Part shown: positions 13,360-25,949 of the stretch, piece by piece
Layout: each line of letters begins with the position of its first letter
Position numbering within the stretch: the first letter of the stretch is position 1
Assembly: GCA_036172245.1 (NCBI GenBank)
Contig: JAYWIR010000030.1
Span: forward strand, 2,666,001-2,730,000
Direction: 5' to 3'
Length of the DNA: 64,000 bases
Source: Raillietiella orientalis
Lineage: Eukaryota
Translations under genes and position numbers: made by a program
Notes under the pieces: generated by a model
The model's input: the letters and a program-made list of their open reading frames with translations, nothing else
Database searches by the model: none
Told to the model about the DNA's origin: nothing

Positions 13360-14450
13360 ATTTCCACCCGGGTGTGCCGGGGTGTTTGTTTTCATAAACT
13401 TATTACATAAGAAAACTGTGGTTGGACCACCGGTCCAACCACGCCCAATTTCAAAGAGACCTGCCGGGTCGCCGGTACTCAGACCGATGCAGTCCACCAC
13501 GGCAGCAGAGGGGAGGGGAAGAAAAAAAAAGAGAATACAAGAAAACAAAAATAAAAATGCAGCTTTGGGGGGTTGGGAAGGGATCACTGTCTGCTGTTGG
13601 CAGTCCGGTCCATCCTCTCCAGGATGTCGGCAAGGTCTAACTGCATGTTCACATCCAGGTGGTGTCATCGTGTCGTTGCCATCCTAATGAATTGAATGGC
13701 GAAATGGATGGCATTCCTATCGCTGGGTCCACCCACTGCTTTGCTCCAGACTGTGACGATCCCGCGTAGGCAGCACAAGGCTGCAAGAGAGGCCGCTGGC
13801 CAAGCAGAATCGCGAACGAAGAGGGGTTTTAAAGCGTCCCTGAAATTGCCTGAGGGGGTTCCCGAGGCAGCGGCAAAGCGTTTCCAGAGGGGCCGGAGAT
13901 CAACACAATCAACTAACAGGTGGGGAGGGATTCCCGCTCCCCGTACCTAACACAATTCGGATCGACAGCCCCCGCGTCCAGTGGTGACAGCGGGCGTTGC
14001 ATAGGAGACCCCAATGCAGCACCAACAGCGCCGACTGTTGCCACTTTATGGGCAGGGTGCGCGTGTCCATAAGCACCGAGAGCCATTTCAGATGTTCCAC
14101 CCGAACATCCAGCAGCTCGCCCCAGCGCAAGAGTCCATGGGGCGGTATAATCGGGTCGCAGCGTCGGTGAGCTGACCCGTCTTCCACTCGTCCATTCCTT
14201 TCTCTTTTCCGGAGATGGTTGCCTTCACTTCCCATTTCGCCGCAATGCGGCTACCCAGGTGTTCCCTGAGGGAGGGCAGTGCTGCGTCGAGGGAAGTTCG
14301 TCCTGCATACGCTCTTTTTCCGGAATCCTCCAGGAACTCTCGGGTATGCAACGGTTGTTGCGCAAGAACGGGAAACGGCACACCTGACTTGTGCTTTGCT
14401 CCTGGCTCCCCGCCCACGTGGGAACGGTTTCCTGTAACCAGGCGCTACCG
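13360..14450 (-). mobile_element. L1/Tx1-clade retrotransposon 3' fragment with 3' UTR
   Basis: GLLRWGELL..LPIKWQQSALLVLHWGLLCNARCHHW is homologous to ORF 26079-27830. The UTR is homologous to 27830-28032. Confidence 0.85.
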
Positions 14451-14599
14451 TTAGCTGGGAGGCAGGGGATTCATCTTGAGTTCTCTCTCGTCACGTTGGC
14501 CACCCTTCGAAGCTGCAATCCGCGGTGAGCGATGTGGCGGCCCTCCGAAAGGGCAATCCTATCCAACGTCTAAACTAAGCTAAGAGCAAGATCTGATGT

Positions 14600-15050
14600 C
14601 CCAGAACTGTTCCGAGAAACGAACAAAGAGTACGGTACAAAACTTTCAAAAGATCTGCAGCGGACTCGCGGATTCTAAAGCGTTGGACTCCAGAGAAGAG
14701 ATATTCCTAAAATGCGGAGAAGGCACCTCGAAAATCGAGTCCAACTGCGCACACATTTTGAAGATGCAGCCTAGCATTATGTAGGAAGATGGACAATGTA
14801 AACGTGTGCTCCGAAACGCCATCAAAAGGAAGACAACTTTGAACGTAAACTGAGCTCCGCGCATTCCTTCGTTTTCCAGGTACAAAGTATTCCTGAAGAC
14901 ACTTCTTCACGACATGTTGAAAACATCGCAATGTTTCGGAGTTGGTTTGCAGCGAGGGGCGATTCGCCTGTCTCACACGCAGCTCACGCCGTGCTTTCAG
15001 GTGTTGTCTTGACATCACTCCAGTACTGATTGGCACTCCAACGAGTCTCC
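14600..15050 (-). mobile_element. Degraded NeSL/Utopia RT fragment
   Basis: LPFDGVSEHTFTL...VCAVGLDFRGAFS matches the GFLPFDGVLEHNF...DF.AF RT motifs of the other copies. Confidence 0.7.
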
Positions 15051-16649
15051 GACAAATTGCTCTTGCCTCATGGGTAAAGAATATGTGAGCAGTGGCGACC
15101 GATTCGATTCAAGTCATCGTCAGCGATAACTCTTTAGAAAGAGTGAAGCCAGGAAAGCAAACCAAGATGTACAGATGATTCAGACCCCTCACCCAGCCTC
15201 ACAGTGGAAATTGTTCCATCGCTTCAACTAGGAGCAGACTGCACAGCCACGAGCACCTGACCAAAGGAGAACTATTAGCGAGGAGCGTGCTCGAAAATAT
15301 CTATGTAGCATTATCCATATATAGCACAATCGACGCAGTTTGCAATTCTTCTCGTTGAATAAAAATCTACCAGACGCCAACCATTTCCAACTAATTGAAT
15401 TTGTTACCATCGCATGGTAGCAACTAATCTAGCTCACTTAGATCTGAACTCAAATCATCTACGATTTTTAGTCCGAAAGACTGTTACCGTACATCTTCTA
15501 CACCTTATGGGTACCTAATTCGAAATCAAGATCGCCAACTCCCACATCAATTGGAATTCTCCATAAATATGACGCTGGGTTCCATTTTAATTCTTTCAAG
15601 ATCACTGAAGCTCCATAATTAATGTTCCAACTGTTGTATAATTCCTTATTATCCTCCCCGGGTAGCCACTCCTAGAATGTTAACTCACCATCACCCCTTT
15701 GCATCCTCAAAGACATTAGTCTTAGAGGTTCTTTCCATTCACTATCAATTTTTGAATGTATCATTAAATTCAGAATCACATGATAAGACGGCTTTACCCA
15801 ACACTGCCTTTTATTCACGGCATGAATGAAAAACCTAATCCTTATGCTACCGCAGCACAGTCAAAGCTCCGCAGTTGTTTATTATCACAGAGAGCAGACA
15901 CAATCACTGATAAATACATATTAAGTAAGATTTTGCAGAAATTTTCATCATATTTTCAGTTTTTCTTTCCCTTCTTATTAATAGCCGTTACATCACCTGA
16001 ATTATTGTTGATTTCACTCTATAGATGTGACTCTCAGAAAATTGATCTTCATTCAGAATTAAAATTCCATAATCACCATCTGAAAGAGCAGAGTTGTATT
16101 CATTATGATCAATTTAAGAAAAAAGGGAAAACTCAAATTCAATCCCAAATTTCATGCACATATTTCTGCCACATCGTTGCCTTAACAAAATTTAGAGTTG
16201 ATTTCAATAACCAGCAAAATAATCTTCGAGAGTTTCTGTCCCTTGTGAACAGAGTGCAATCACTGAGCTATTTCTCGCTTTTTATATAAGTCTTAAGACA
16301 TCAACATAAAATTAATACTCATGTAATCAAAATTTCTAAGAACATGACATTCACTCACTTTGAATGGATGATATTTATCCTCAAACGGTACTCCCTTGAG
16401 CACTATCAATCCAAGTGTTTACGATTTCGTATCATTCAAAGCACATTCCTTCAGAAGCCTTCAAGTTATGATCACAAATACAATACGAAAGTAACATATT
16501 GCAGATTTCAAAATGACGATTTCTGCAGTGGATCTGCAATCATATGCCAATTCATGCTACAAGATTTTCTTGCTTTCGAAGAAACTAGGCCAGCAACTTG
16601 TGCAGAGTTTTGAGAAGGTGCACATTTCCCTACAACAAGAAAACAAGAA

Positions 16650-18780
16650 ATGTGCACTGGTTCGCCCCTCTCGGCGGCTCATAATACACGTGAGGTGTCT
16701 GGAGGGGATGTCGTTTGCGATGAGAATACCGACCGGTTGCCCCCACCATCTTCTCTGTCTTCACAAGATTCCCCTGCCCTCGGTAGTCTGCTTCCCGACT
16801 GGAGGCCGGCGAACGTTCGTAACTATGAGATGACTCTACAGAAGGGTCCTAGCACACGCCACTCTGTGCCTGCGAAACGCCGGAAGTCGGTCCACTCCAT
16901 GAAGAGCGAATTCTTCAGGAGCACACCCCTGTCACTGTTTAACCAAGACCTGTCTCGAGAGCTCGATGGACTTTCCCTACTCCGCCAGGGATTGACACAT
17001 GGGAGAGGACCCCCCTCGTCCTCGGAGAATTTCGCTCCCGAGTCGCTCACGGTGACCGAAAAGGATCCGTCAACGATCTCGCAAGGATGCTGACCCTGGC
17101 ATCACCAGAAGAACCGGCCGCGTCCGCCTGTAGTGCCTCTACAGAGTGAATCGCAGGCGAGCCTTATGTGAAATCCTTGGCCTCAACAAGAGGCGATGCA
17201 CTGCCGCTCCTGGAACCATCTGCGAGCACTTTCTTAACATCAACTTCCTTAAGGAGTTCGATGACATCTCCCTGAATGCCATATCCCCCATTCCACCCCT
17301 GGAGGATCCCCTTGACCTCCTCCTCTTCCTTGCCGAGGAAGTATTCCCGTGCCTTCCATCCTGTGAGAACGGTGTCCTCGAGGAAGACAAAATATCTGCC
17401 CTCCAACGAGCGGATCCACAGTGCACCTTGCTTAACGGGATCCTCAACCTCTGCCTTGCCCACCTCTGTCTCCCTAGCGAATGGAAAGATAGCTTCTGCA
17501 TTTTTATTCTGAAGCAACCCCACGTCACAGAGGACGATACTAGGCACGATGAACTGACAGATCTTGCAGGAGAGCTCGATAATGACAATCGACTCCGCCT
17601 TCAAACTCCTCACCAGCCCGGATCCCAAGGTGGTTGAACTTGCCATGAATTCTCTACTTGACGTCGTTACCCGCAAAGCGCTCTGCCCTCCACCTCCAAC
17701 CCCCCATCCCACTGCCCCCCAAGCCACAACTGCAGTGACCCTCGGAACTTCTGGTCCTCCGTACGGAAGGCTACAAGGAGACTCCCTGTCGTCTCGTTGC
17801 TACAAGATGACAGCACTGAGCTCCTAATTGGACAAAAGAGAATCACTAAGTACCGTCTTCAGCAGGCTGCGCGCACCCTTCGGAACCTCAGACGCGAGAA
17901 AAGACATGTGACTTTGTTGCAAAAACCAGATCAAGGACGGATCCTCGACTGTGTCTCCTTCCACCCCGCCACCACTGGTTTCCCACAGAGGTGCGACCTC
18001 CGCCAAATGCGGCTACATTCACCTCACCAATGCACGCGCTGCTGGCACGCGGCCGACAGTGTTTCACGTGAATGGGGCGCCAATCCCCACAATGGACGAT
18101 ATAAACACCTACCGCTACCTCGGGAAACCGGTAGGTTTCTATGCCCTGGAAGACGACGCAGACGACGTCCTGCTGCCCTTTCGCTGTTGAGTCCCCCCCT
18201 TTGCCCTAGCAAAAACTTGATGCTAGTAAAAAAAAAAAAAAATCCTGCCATGACTCACTTCCTTCGGCTCTGCAGAAACCCTTAGCCTTCTGAAAGAAAC
18301 TAGAAAAGATCGTTAAAGATGAGACCAACTATTCAACATCCTCACACTTCCTCAGACTGCCTCCCTGGAATATATGCAAAGTGCTCAAATGGCTGGTAGA
18401 TGAATTGTGTTATTTTGCAGGAGAGTACCATTATGAATGTTGACTCGTTTGTAGGCAGAGTTCTCACCCCATGGTGGTGGAGCTTGCCGTGAACTTCCTG
18501 CGCGATATTGTCTCCCTCATGGCTCAGTGTCCCTCTCAAACGTCCTCTTCTCCCACTATCTCAACGAGGACCTCAGTCCTCCCTCTTGACAATCACCGAG
18601 GCTACCCTAGGAGCTTCTGGTCCTCTGTGAGGAAAATTACGAAGAGGCTGTTCGTATATTTGCTGGTGCAGAATGATGGCATCGAGCTCCTGATAGTTCA
18701 TAGGAAATAACCAAGTTCCAACGTCGACAAATTGCACGGATTCTTCGCAGCTTGTGTGCTGCTTGTGGCAAGGCAGAGCA
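16650..18780 (+). mobile_element. Scrambled, degraded NeSL/Utopia fragments (lineage B)
   Basis: ALQRADPQCTLL, YRYLGKPVGFYALE, MTIDSAFKLLTSPD and KPDQGR are homologous to 61021-62475 but out of collinear order. Confidence 0.8.
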
Positions 18781-19139
18781 TCTAACCATACAGGCGTGAT
18801 TGAGGTAAGGCAGTCTGGCGCTGGTGATTGCTACTATCCGGCATGCCTCCCACACTGGCGTGTGATTCTGGCGCCTGTAGTCGCGACATTAGAATACAAG
18901 AAGAAAAAGGCGAAGTTCTGCCCGGCAGCAGTCTCGAGTGGCCTACCCACTTGTGGATAAAGCCACAAACCATCTCTCTGCTTTCCCCAATTTTATCACA
19001 TGCGACTTAGTGTTTTGTTCGGACGACTCTTTTCCCCAAGTCCCACAAGGGGTGGGGTGAATTTATTTTCTTTTATCATTCACTCTAGATATCCGTGCAT
19101 TCAGTTTCTCGAATCATTTTACTTATGTCACCTGGAAGT

Positions 19140-21550
19140 CTGCTTCGTGATATTAACACTGAGGTTCACAACACTTGGAGAACTGGGCGTCGTTTATGCA
19201 TGGATGTTGTCCTCAATCCTGCTCAGGATATGTCGATAGTTGCAGGCCTGTACTCTTCCACAGTTTGTAATGCCGATCTCCTTCTGGATAAGCTCTTTCA
19301 GGATTTCCATTGGAGATACGGCGGTCCTGGTGGTCTTCATCTTCCACCACCACACATGAATGCCGGTGATGAAGAGGGTGATGGTCATCCTTACCATGGG
19401 ATTGTAACAGGGAACATCCCCATTTCCTTGGAACATGCCTGCTAAGAACCCCATGGTCGATTTGGTGGAAACCCTATTACCCTTTCCAGGGTTTGCCAGT
19501 CTTGATGCAATGTGGGACACCTCAAGACATGAAGTCTCGTGTCAGTGTCTCCACATGCTCTGCAGATTTCTTCCTCTTCTTCCCGTAAAAGGACCCGCTC
19601 AGGATGCCTCCATGATAGGACATTAGGAGGTCTTACTGGGTGTCCAGTGACAAGTCACTCCTCCAGAGCGTCGTTCCTATAGCTAACAAGTTGATTTCGA
19701 CACTACCGTGGCGATCGGCGGCTTCTTAGAGGGCACTGGTGTCTTTTTCCTCTTCGACTATTAGTCGGCATAGGTTCCTTTTTAATACCCTGGACCACGC
19801 GAGGTCGTTGTGGTTTTTCCACACTTTGTGGGTCTTGTGGGTGAATCTTCCAGCTATCCTATCAATGTATCGGACTATTCGGGAGTTGTGAAGGTACTCT
19901 CCTCGTCTCCATGCTTGAACTGCCTGGACTGCTGATGGATCCAGTTCTCCGTATCTGGAGGTACGGGGAGCATTCACGGGATCACCAGGATGGATTCCTC
20001 CTGCCAGAGTTCCTTGTTCCTTGGTATGATTTTCACTGGTGCTTATGTACCAACTGCTGCTTTCTTCTCCAGGTTGAGTCGATGGTGACCCGTTTATCCT
20101 CTCGACCGAGCAGCGCAGTCATCAGTCCTCTCGAGTTATTTATTAACAACGAGTAAGCCCTGTGCGTTGCATACGGCTAGTCTTCCCAGTTTTCCGACAT
20201 GTCCAGGGGTTGTCGCACGTCCATGGTGTCCACAGCGTGTGCAAGCGAATTCATCCCGGTACCGCCTTCCTCCTTAGGGCGACACAGTGGTTTGAGGCGG
20301 ATTCTCGGTCGATAGCCTCCGCAGAGGGTTTTCCTTTGTAGCTTCTCTACCTCTCTTCTGGTGTCTTTATGCATTCTGCAGAAGGCCTCTCCGAAGAGTA
20401 TCTTTGGAAGGAGTATCTCATGGTGTTCCTCTGTTCCTCGCTGGCGAACAGTTTTGCGTTTAATTACTGTTCCATGTCGAGACTGAAATGTTGTCCCATC
20501 ACGTGGGTTTCCTGCAGGCACACTATATCTTGATGTGCGATGGTCCGCACAATCCTTTTTCGCTTTGCCTGGTCGGTAAGTACATTAACATTCCAGGAGG
20601 CGATGTTCATTCTCCTGACGGTGGACGAGGCCATAAATAGGTTTTATTTTTTAGCCTTTCGGAATTTCTTCTGCCAAGGAGACTGTTGTCGCCCCTGCGC
20701 AGAAGGTTCCTCGCTACCAGAATCGCTTTCTGTTTCGGTGAAGTCAGTGAATTCTGCCTCCATCGGGTTTCCCGCCTCCACAATCACTTTGCGTGGGAGC
20801 CTCTCCAGGCTCACTGTCGCACTGAAGTTCGATTTCATGTCGAAAAGCTTGCCTTCCAGCTTCACACGCTGGGTTTCATCCATCAAATTATTTATGTCCT
20901 CCCGAACCTTGGAGATGCGTTGCAGGAGTTTCCCCTGCTCCTCTCCGCTGGTTCTCGGCAGGACCTCTTCGTTCAGCTTCGCCACTTCCTCGTTGATTTT
21001 TAGGTTTCTGAGTTTCCGGGACAGGCTCAACTGTTTCCATTTTCTCTTCTAATTTTTCTCGGGCTCGTCGGAGGCCTGCTGTTCCTTAGCGAGCATCTTC
21101 CTCTTCCCGCAACAGAGGGGGGTCCGCTCCTTTAAACAACTGGAATGGTGCCTGCTCCTGCTCCCCAGTGTGGTGGGTCCCCTCTCTGTTGTACGACCGG
21201 AGGGGAAACTCCCCACTCCTTGATTCCTGGAAGGACCCGAAGGTCGACTCCCATTGTTCCGGCATCTGGGGCCTCCGGCTTAAACGACCACCGGTGCCAC
21301 ACCCGAATGTCTCGGCCAACCAGCTCCATTGCAGGAGAAACTCGGAACCCAACGACGCAGTGGCGTCAGTTTCTGCCGGAGTATTAGAACCTTCGACGCA
21401 TGGTACCATACGCGGAAGCTTTAACCACAAAGCCTCCGAAGCGGGCAACATTCGGACGACTCCCTATACCTCTTGTGCTCAGTGCTGCCGTATGCCACGT
21501 TGGCGAAAGCCTATTTGCACTAACCAAACCACTTGCGATGAGCCGTTCGC
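19140..21550 (-). mobile_element. L1/Tx1-clade element with putative ORF1 and internally deleted ORF2
   Basis: A charged ORF1-like remnant ends at 20644. ORF2 starts at 20610 with the AP-endonuclease motifs MNIASWNVN..DIVCLQETH, then jumps to post-RT LCRPKEEGG.G and the CCHC knuckle CRACGDTDTRLHVLRC. The stop is at 19194. Confidence 0.8.
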
Positions 21551-21559
21551 CCTCCCCAC

Positions 21560-24500
21560 CCAAATGTTTCATGGACGCTGACTGCTGCCTATGGGAGTGC
21601 ATCCTTACCCCACTCCCCCTCCTTTATCCGATTGAAGGTTGCCATGGGTGCTCGGTCGCCTCCACGCAAGCGGAGCGCTGCTCCAGCATTAAGCGCCACT
21701 TAAACCGCATTCATGGCATCATAGTAATTGGCATACTCCCATCCCCATACCTGCCCCGACAGTACATGTATGCAGAAAATCTGCTATCTCACTTCCACCT
21801 GGTGTTTGCAGACTCAAGATTAGATGTCAGATGTGCCCTAACAGCTTCTTTTGAAGGACCTGTTGAAAAGGCACGTGCAGGTAGTGCATAAGGAGCGGAA
21901 CAATCACTCCTTTGACAACACCGATGAATACGACGAACCACCCTGCATGCAACCTGAATTTGCCTCTTGCATTCCGCCTGCCGCGCCTTCCTGCAACTCC
22001 TGTTCTGGCAGCACTCCCTCCACGCCCAGTCTCTCACGCGCTGCGCCATCCACGAACACTTCCAGCAGCTCTGTCCTAACGATTCAGTCCCCCTCACAGA
22101 CGGACTTTGCCATGCTTGCTGAAGCCGTACATGCACGTATGCTCCTTGGAAACCCAGTGCAACCCATACCTGAGAAGGTTCTCAGCAGCATGAGAAGCAA
22201 AGGGTCTTGAGCTGGGAGGCTGAGGGCCCCTTCCGATAAAGATGCGACGAGAGGCACTGCTACTCATTCCCTTACAGGCGAGGCTCCCCAAGACCCACCT
22301 CATTCACATGTAAAGCATTTGGCCCAACTAGGCATTTACCTCCAACGTGACGCTCCTCCAATCTCTGAGGCCTACGTGAGGGACGTTTCCTCTAGACTGG
22401 GCTCCAATGCAGCCCTCCTCTGCATGAGCGACAAGTGTTGAGCCCCTGCAACTCGGTGGCAGTTCCTGTGTCCTGACTTGGCCTTGGCTTCCCCCCCGGA
22501 ACTTAGCAGTAGATGACCCTCCTAGTGACTTGTCTCTTATCAAAGGGTGGATGCTGCTTGTACTTTCTCCGATGCCCAAGCACACGAGATGCCTAGTGCG
22601 CGGATATAACTGCGAATCGAACACTGGGTATGCTAGCAAGACTCTTCAATCTCTGAAGAACACATGCTGTAAGTGCATAAGCAACACATTGCCGGCCACT
22701 CCCTGGTATGCGGCCGTTGCCTCTGACCGATTTCCCTCTCCACACACTTGTACCGCTGTGCGAGAATGGCCGAGGGCCCTACACTCTTCGAAGCCTTCTT
22801 GGATACCCTGCTCTCTCGTCCAGTACTTTCTCTCCTTTCCATGCGACACTGGACTGAGAAACTACCATAGATGGCATCACAAAATAAGGCGACAATACTC
22901 GAGGCGCAACTTCACGCCTACTGCGACTGTCACCGCTCTTTCGGACAGTTTCCCTCTTGCAACCTTCCCTGTGGATGAGGTGACCCACTACAGCAGACAG
23001 CTCCGGACGGAGCAACTTAACCTCATCCGCTTCGTGGACGGATGCTGGGCTTCCTCTGCATTCCCCACCTGAACATAATGGAACCGGGGCTGTCCGCGCC
23101 CTGACACCTCGAGTCAGGTGAGGGAAGAAGAATACCCCTTTGCGATCAAGATCTGGCAGACTGCCCCCAGTGAGGAAAGAGTTCTTTCGCAGTTGCTCCG
23201 AACACATATCAAACGTGGACATTATGCGTGAGCTCGATGGAATTTCTCTCCTCCTTCCAGGGATTGATACATGGGAGAAAAACCTCCTTACTCTGGGTGA
23301 CTTCAAAGCGCAAATACATGCTGAGATGCCCAAGTCTCTCCGTCACCTACGCCTTTCTGGTCCGACCTCGACTCAGAGAGGAAGGTTCGGTTGTACCCAT
23401 CTAAACTTCCTATATAGGGTGAATCGTAGCAGGACGACTCGAGAAATTCTTTAGCTCCACAAGGATCGGTGTGCTGTTGGCCTGGACACTATACACGAAC
23501 ACTTCACGGCCCTACACTCCCCCAAATCATTTGATGGCTCCTCCCTGGACTTTCTTCACTCCCTCAGACTGAGACCCTTGAACTCCACCCTTTTATGCCT
23601 GAAGAGGTGCTCCAATGCCCCTCCTGAGGGAACATCCTACTGGGGAGGATCGCATTTTATATGCCACACTCCTCCGCGCGGATCCACAATGTGCGATACT
23701 GACAAGACTTTTCAACACTTTCTTGGCCTATCCACGCTTTCCCGAGGAATGGAAAGACAGCTTTTCCGTCCTGATTCCAAAGAAAGCTGGACCAAACGGA
23801 GGGAATATCGGAGACTTGCGTCCCATCGCGATTGGTAACACGATGAGCAAAGTGTTTGCAAAGTGACTCGCGAGAAGACTACATGGATCCATAATGCGGC
23901 ACTCAGTGATCAGCCTGCGCCAGAAGGGCTTCCTTCCTTTCGATGGTGTTCTAGAGAGAATTTTACGCTTTCCACCTTCATTGACTTCATCGACTTGGCT
24001 TAGTTACCTGGTTGGCTTGGTAGTGTGCAGAGTGTGCTTGCATAAAAAAATATACTTGTGGTGTGTGATTTCTTATTCCTAGATGTGCAGTTGATGCGCT
24101 CTTGTCCGCGCGCCGTCCCGGCGTCGCGCTGACTCGCCCATGCGATTACTGGACAGGCGCGCGCGTCCGTATGCGCGCGGAGCGCCTTCGCTCTCCCTTC
24201 GCTCCAGTGGCTCGCGGTCGCATTGTTTCCCACGTCTTTTGCGCGGCGCCGCAGTTGGGCCGATGGCTTGGCGCTGGAATCGTTCCTCCCCTGAAAGCAA
24301 ACTGAACGGTCAACGCGAAACGTGGCTCCGGGTTCCGGGAGGGTCACGCCGCGCACCGAATCGCGCGCGGTTTCCGCGCGATGAAGTGCCGAACCTCGGA
24401 GCAGTGGCTCGCGGGAGCGTTGTTTCCCGCGCCATTCGGACCGCACCGAACCCGGACCGATGGCTTTGCGCTCAAGTCCTTCCTACCCTGAAAGCAAACT

Positions 24501-25930
24501 GAACGGCCAACGCGAATCCGGGATGCAGGTCACGGGAGCTCCACGCCGCGTCCCCATATAGGCTTTCGTTCGCACCTTCATTGACAACGCCCGCCTCCAT
24601 TGAAAGAGCTTTTGCATAGCATGGCTTGACTTTAAAGATGCTTTCTCCTCTCTTCCTCTTGAATACTTCCTTGCCTTCCTGGCTAAGGCGGGTGAGCATT
24701 TCACGAGTATCATACGGGATCTGTACACGGACTCTGTGACCTCGTTCAGGTATGGGACCAGGGCATCTGCGCAGGTAAAAATACGCGCCGGCGTTCGACA
24801 AGGATGCCCTTTGAGTAGGTTGTTGTTCAATCTTGCCTTAGAACTCATCCTTCGACACCTTTCGGACGTGTGTCCTGGGTGCGTCACATTAGTATAGGCG
24901 GATGACATGCCCTCATATGCGAGTCTTCTCCAATCCTCCAAAGCGCCATTGACGCTGTATCGGAGTCTTTTGCCCTCTCCGGGCTGGTGATATATCCTAC
25001 GAAATGCAGCACGCTTCAACTCTCACGAGCGCCCTGTCGGCACGCGACCGACTTTCTTCAAGGCTGGTGAAATTCCAATTCCCACGCTCGAAGAAACGAG
25101 TGTTTATTGGTAATTGGGGAAGCCGATGAGCTTGTACGCCTTGAAATTCGATGCGGATGAGACTGATGTTCTTGAGGCGCTTTAAAATATCGTCTTTTCT
25201 TTCCTGACTCGCTGGCAGAAATTACATCCTTTCAAGGTATTCTGCTTCCCAACAGAGGCACATGCCCTAAGGCTGGGACACAAACCCCTAGCCTTTTGGA
25301 AAAAACTTGATAAGATTGTGAAAGACGTCATCAAGCCAGACATTCTCTCCCTCCACCAAGCTGCGTCACTGGAATACCTATACACCGCCTCCATGACGAA
25401 TGGAATGGGATGCCAAGTCATGATGGAGGAATCCTCCATCATGACTGTAGACTCAGACTACAAGCAAAGGTGAGCCACGACCCGATGGAGGCTGATCTTG
25501 CCTTGAACTCGCTCCGTGAAGTAGTCTCTCCATCAGTTCGTTGCCCTTTCGCCAATCTGCCCCTTGCGCGATTTCTCAACATGGAATCCTCTCATCCCTT
25601 GGGTCTCCCCTGAGGCGATCTGCGAATCTTCTGATCTTCCGTGAGAGCTGCCTCTAAACGATTACCCATGACGTGGGTGGTGTAGGACAATGACGTTGAA
25701 CTCCTGGCTGGCGAGAAAAGACACTCAAAATACCAGAGACAAGTCGCTCATACGCGACGCAATGTGAAAAGACACGGCGGCATGGACTCCCTCTTGCAGA
25801 AACTGGACCAAGGGCGCATTCTGGACTGCGCCTCCCTTCACACCGCTTCCACTGGGTTCCAGCAGAGGTGCGAAATGTTGAGATTGTGGGACTGGAGGTT
25901 TATTCATTGCGCCTGACTTAATGCTGGCCG
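21560..25930 (+). mobile_element. Near full-length degraded NeSL/Utopia element (lineage B), interrupted at 23986-24572
   Basis: Contains ZnF remnants (IKRHLNRIH, LKRHVQVVH), RT motifs (LRPIAIGN, QKGFLPFDGV, WLDFKDAF, GVRQGCPLS) and post-RT motifs, with many stops and frameshifts. Confidence 0.85.
23986..24572. repeat. Inserted U2-spacer segment flanked by a 13-bp target-site duplication
   Basis: CACCTTCATTGAC occurs at 23973-23985 and 24573-24585. The interior matches 63640-64000 (reverse complement) and 55100-55150. Confidence 0.85.
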
Positions 25931-25949
25931 ACCCGACCGTTGTCATCAA

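Noticed and set aside
24290..24325. Hammerhead ribozyme in box A (CTGA...GAAA)
   Set aside because: The core reads CTGAACG or CTGAAAG rather than CUGANGA, and there are no consistent stems I and III.
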